From an uncultured Verrucomicrobiae bacterium (GTDB lineage Bacteria > Verrucomicrobiota > Verrucomicrobiia > Chthoniobacterales > JAFAMB01), in contig CAWDQF010000001.1 of the NCBI GenBank assembly GCA_963804425.1, positions 79,745 through 143,744 on the forward strand: DNA of 64,000 bases, given 5' to 3'. The position numbers and the translations under genes are program-made. How positions within the stretch are numbered: the stretch's first letter is position 1; the number at the start of each line of letters is the position of its first letter. The notes beneath the pieces are model-generated. The model saw only the letters and a program-made list of their open reading frames with translations, searched no databases and was not told the origin of the DNA. Positions 60,773 to 64,000 of this stretch are shown one piece after another.

Positions 60773-61801
60773 CTAGAAATCAAAATCGACTAATCGTCGG
60801 GTGGCAAGAGGGATCCAATCTTCATCGGCAGGAGAGCATGCCGGTTCGCGTTGAACTTGCTGGGTCGCTGCTTCGACCTCCGCTTTTGCCTCCTGCCTCC
60901 AAGTCAGCAAAAGACTTTTATCAGCCCAATGCTGTTCCAGAAGAAAAGATTCGCTCGCATTGATACAATCGCGTCCTGAAGGCTCTTTGAATAGCTGCTT
61001 GTCCATATATGAGGCATCGTCATGCTCCGCATGACCAGTGAGACGCAAGCAAGTTGCTACGACCAATTGCGGACCGGCACCGCTGCGGGCCCGATCGACA
61101 GCATGGCCAACGACCTCGAGGCATTGTCGTAAGTCGGTACCATCCATCCCGTAACCCTCCACGCCGTAGCCGACGGCTTTGTCGATTAGATCATGACACG
61201 CGAATTGCCGTTCGTTTGGTGTCGAATAAGCATATCGGTTATTGGTTACCACTAAAACCAGGGGCAGTTTTTCCACAGCGGCGAAGTTCAGTCCTTCGTG
61301 AAATGCTCCCGTGGAAGTGCCGCCATCTCCGATGGAAGTGGCCCCCACCGTTCCGGTGATTCCTTTCATCCGGCGGGCTAGTAGAGATCCTCCAACCACA
61401 GAAATCATCGCACCTAGATGACTGATCATCGGATAGGTGCCTTCTTTCGGATGGCCGCGGTGAACGTTACCGTCGCGTCCGCGGGCCGGAGCTGTTTTGA
61501 CCCCCGAATAAGTTCGCAGGATATCGAGTATCGGCTCTCCAAAAGCCAAACGGCCTGCTTGATCACGAATCAGTGGCGCGAAGATGTCACCACGTTTCAA
61601 CATCGTACCGATCGCGACGCTGACCGCTTCCTGACCTTTTCCAATGTAGACTCCGCCAGCGATCTTGCCGGCGCGCCAAAGATTCGCGATTTTTTCTTCG
61701 ACCGTTCTTGCGAGAAGCATCCACTTGAATGCCTTCACATACTGTTCCTGGAACCCGGCTGGCATGGTATCCCTCCGAGGCTCCTTGAGGGTTTTCAGCA
61801 T
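60773..61801 (-). CDS. 2-oxoacid dehydrogenase E1 alpha
   Basis: GQEA, GDGGTSTG...NN TPP motif, RLTGHAEHD. Confidence 0.94.
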   Translation of the reverse strand: MLKTLKEPRRDTMPAGFQEQYVKAFKWMLLARTVEEKIANLWRAGKIAGGVYIGKGQEAVSVAIGTMLKRGDIFAPLIRDQAGRLAFGEPILDILRTYSGVKTAPARGRDGNVHRGHPKEGTYPMISHLGAMISVVGGSLLARRMKGITGTVGATSIGDGGTSTGAFHEGLNFAAVEKLPLVLVVTNNRYAYSTPNERQFACHDLIDKAVGYGVEGYGMDGTDLRQCLEVVGHAVDRARSGAGPQLVVATCLRLTGHAEHDDASYMDKQLFKEPSGRDCINASESFLLEQHWADKSLLLTWRQEAKAEVEAATQQVQREPACSPADEDWIPLATRRLVDFDF

Positions 61802-62041
61802 CGGGAACGAATATCAGCATTCCTTCGCAGCATGCAAGGATTTCGAAACCGGTTTTTCCGCGCGCGCTGGTAGAGCGATGCTCCTGCGTTACGCGAAAAT
61901 ATTCGTAATCCTAATCCATGGTCCTTGGTGACAAGTGGATGTGCCCGCCGAGCCCGACCAGCGCCATTTGGCTTATACAGGAGTCTCGCCCTACCAATCT
62001 TAGGTTACGCGAATGTCCTGCCGCAGGACCACTACCAGCAG

Positions 62042-63910
62042 CTAGAAATGGAGACGCAATCCGCCGTAAAAAGTTCGTCCGAGCGCCGGAAAACCATTAA
62101 CTTCAGCATACTTTTCGTCAGTCAAATTTTCGATGCGTCCGAATACGCTAAAAAAATCCGTTACGTGATATTCACACGCGAAGCGGAGTACTGTGTAATC
62201 TTCCAGATTTACATTGGGTGCGCCGAAGTTTTCGTCTTGGCGAGCGTTTACGGTTACGAGCTCCAAGGTGGCGTCGAAACGACGACACCATTCATAAGAG
62301 ATGGAGCCGGAGAATTGGTTCCTGGGTCGCCTCGGTAGACGAGAGCCAGCCGGCTGGCTAATGTCAGCGCCCGAAGTGGTAATCGCGTCGAGGTAAGTGT
62401 AGCTCCCAGAGAGAGTGAGATTCGGCAACGGACGTAGGACCGCAAACAGCTCGACGCCCTGGATCCGATCCTTGCCTAAGTTGAAAGCTACGAAGTTGCT
62501 GTTAAATCCGACTGTATTGGAAGAGGTGCTGTAGAAAAAGTTGGCGCCGATTCGCAGCCGGTCGTTTGCTAGAGGTTGTTCGAGGCCGATATCGAATCCT
62601 TTGTCCCGATCGGCCAGGAGTTGCGGATTTCCGCCAAAGATTTTATCCTGGCTGCTTGGCGGCGTGAATCCGGTGCCGTAACTGGATCGGAAGATTGTTC
62701 CTGTGCACGGAACCACATAATTACCTGCCAGCCGATAGGTGAATCTTCCGGCAAAACCGCTAAAAGCATCGTATCTAATGCCGCCATACAGATCGAGATT
62801 CTTTAGCGGAGTCAGCTTTAACTGACCAAAGCCGGCAGTATTGTCTGTTTTATCACGGATCAAAGGATTGCCTAGTAACGTTTGGGGCCGCTCCTGGTAG
62901 ACATCGATGTGATTGTAATACGTTCCGGCCGTCAGCGTCAGCCAGGTCGCCGGTGCGATATCGGTCTGGTACTCGAATTGAAACCGCCGGAATACGCCAC
63001 GGGTTGGACCGGTAAACGGATCGAGACGATTCGGATTGTTGATTTGCCGTTCCTGGTCGTCGGCGAAATAGACTTTATTCTTCCACCATTCCGTCGGCGT
63101 GAACTCAAGGGTTGGAGCCAAAAGCCAGCGCTCGGTGCGAAGATTATCGACCGATTGAGGATTAAAAATTGTATTGGGAGATCCGGCGTCCGCGTAGCCG
63201 TAATAATAGACGAGCCCGATCCTTAAAGCCGGTATGGGAGAAAAGCCGACGTCGCCCAGTAAAGCGAGCGAACGGTAGCCGTTATTCTGTCGCGAGTTCT
63301 CCGTGTCATATCGACTGATGCCGAAGGAGAAATCGAGTGGACCCAATCGGCCGCTGGCACCGCTCGCTTCGCGAAACGAATCGTACGAGCCGCCTTCGAA
63401 ATAGGCGGACCCGGTCGGTTGGTCTTCGCCGCGGCGCGTGATCAGGTTAATCACACCACCGGAAGCCTGCGAACCGTAAAGCGCGCTTTGTGGTCCCCTG
63501 ATTACCTCGATCCGGCTGATGTTGTCATTGGTGAAATCGGCGAAATTGAATGCGCCGGAGAGTCCTTGATTGAACGGGATGCCGTCCAGCAAAACTTGAG
63601 TCTGATCGCTGCGCGTGCCACGGATGAACACCGAAGTCACTTGCCCGGGAGTTCCAGTCTGCACGACGTTGACCCCGGGAACCGACTGGAGAGCGTCAGA
63701 GACAAATCGATATTGATGCAGTTCGATAGCAGAATCCGATATCACGCTGATGGCAGAGGGCGAACGATCCTCGGGAGTATCGAGGCGAGTCGCAGTCACC
63801 GTAACCGGTTGAAGTTCCGCTACTGGGCTGGGCGAGGGGGTTTGCGCGAATCCAACGAAGGGAAATAGCGCAGTGGCTACCGCGAGTCGGAGAACGAATC
63901 GTTTTGTCAT
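62042..63910 (-). CDS. TonB-dependent receptor (BtuB-like)
   Basis: VTVTATR TonB box, RIEVIRGPQSALYG plug, terminal Phe. Confidence 0.92.
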   Translation of the reverse strand: MTKRFVLRLAVATALFPFVGFAQTPSPSPVAELQPVTVTATRLDTPEDRSPSAISVISDSAIELHQYRFVSDALQSVPGVNVVQTGTPGQVTSVFIRGTRSDQTQVLLDGIPFNQGLSGAFNFADFTNDNISRIEVIRGPQSALYGSQASGGVINLITRRGEDQPTGSAYFEGGSYDSFREASGASGRLGPLDFSFGISRYDTENSRQNNGYRSLALLGDVGFSPIPALRIGLVYYYGYADAGSPNTIFNPQSVDNLRTERWLLAPTLEFTPTEWWKNKVYFADDQERQINNPNRLDPFTGPTRGVFRRFQFEYQTDIAPATWLTLTAGTYYNHIDVYQERPQTLLGNPLIRDKTDNTAGFGQLKLTPLKNLDLYGGIRYDAFSGFAGRFTYRLAGNYVVPCTGTIFRSSYGTGFTPPSSQDKIFGGNPQLLADRDKGFDIGLEQPLANDRLRIGANFFYSTSSNTVGFNSNFVAFNLGKDRIQGVELFAVLRPLPNLTLSGSYTYLDAITTSGADISQPAGSRLPRRPRNQFSGSISYEWCRRFDATLELVTVNARQDENFGAPNVNLEDYTVLRFACEYHVTDFFSVFGRIENLTDEKYAEVNGFPALGRTFYGGLRLHF

Positions 63911-64000
63911 AACAGGTCTTTCCAAACGTTAGGAGAGCGACCTGTCGGATGAGGACGGCCTCTCTCATTCTTCTTTTTCTGCGAAGAAGGTTTTTCATGC

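Overview
This 64-kb window is GC-rich bacterial chromosome. Pro/Ser/Thr-rich linker proteins, gene content and repeat style suggest a soil Verrucomicrobiota (Chthoniobacterales-like) genome; that assignment is inference. Most of it is metabolic or housekeeping: SDRs with divergent regulators, a catalase-related peroxidase, a ferredoxin, asnS and frameshifted glnS, vapBC, tRNA-Glu(CUC), a hybrid histidine kinase, two sugar ABC systems (one beside mtnK), a three-gene lipid cluster, FTR1, 2-oxoacid dehydrogenase E1/E2 and a TonB receptor. Five observations stand out. (1) An IS110-family (IS1111-type) element at 43208-44905 is inserted at a CT core inside a REP-like palindrome. Its downstream non-coding region contains a readable bridge/seek-RNA-like loop whose guide segments match the insertion target. 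(2) A receptor-like protein has the order TIR, kinase, pseudokinase, TM helix, Pro stalk, two LprI-like domains. (3) A near-perfect second tRNA-Glu copy with a broken acceptor stem brackets asnS-glnS-ARH-vapBC together with the intact copy. (4) There are two MITE-like elements, one nested in a REP tandem array. (5) A consensus sigma54 promoter precedes unannotated small ORFs. Three single-base frameshifts (glnS, a membrane gene, the IS110 transposase) may be assembly indels. All calls come from reading the sequence by eye; no searches were run.
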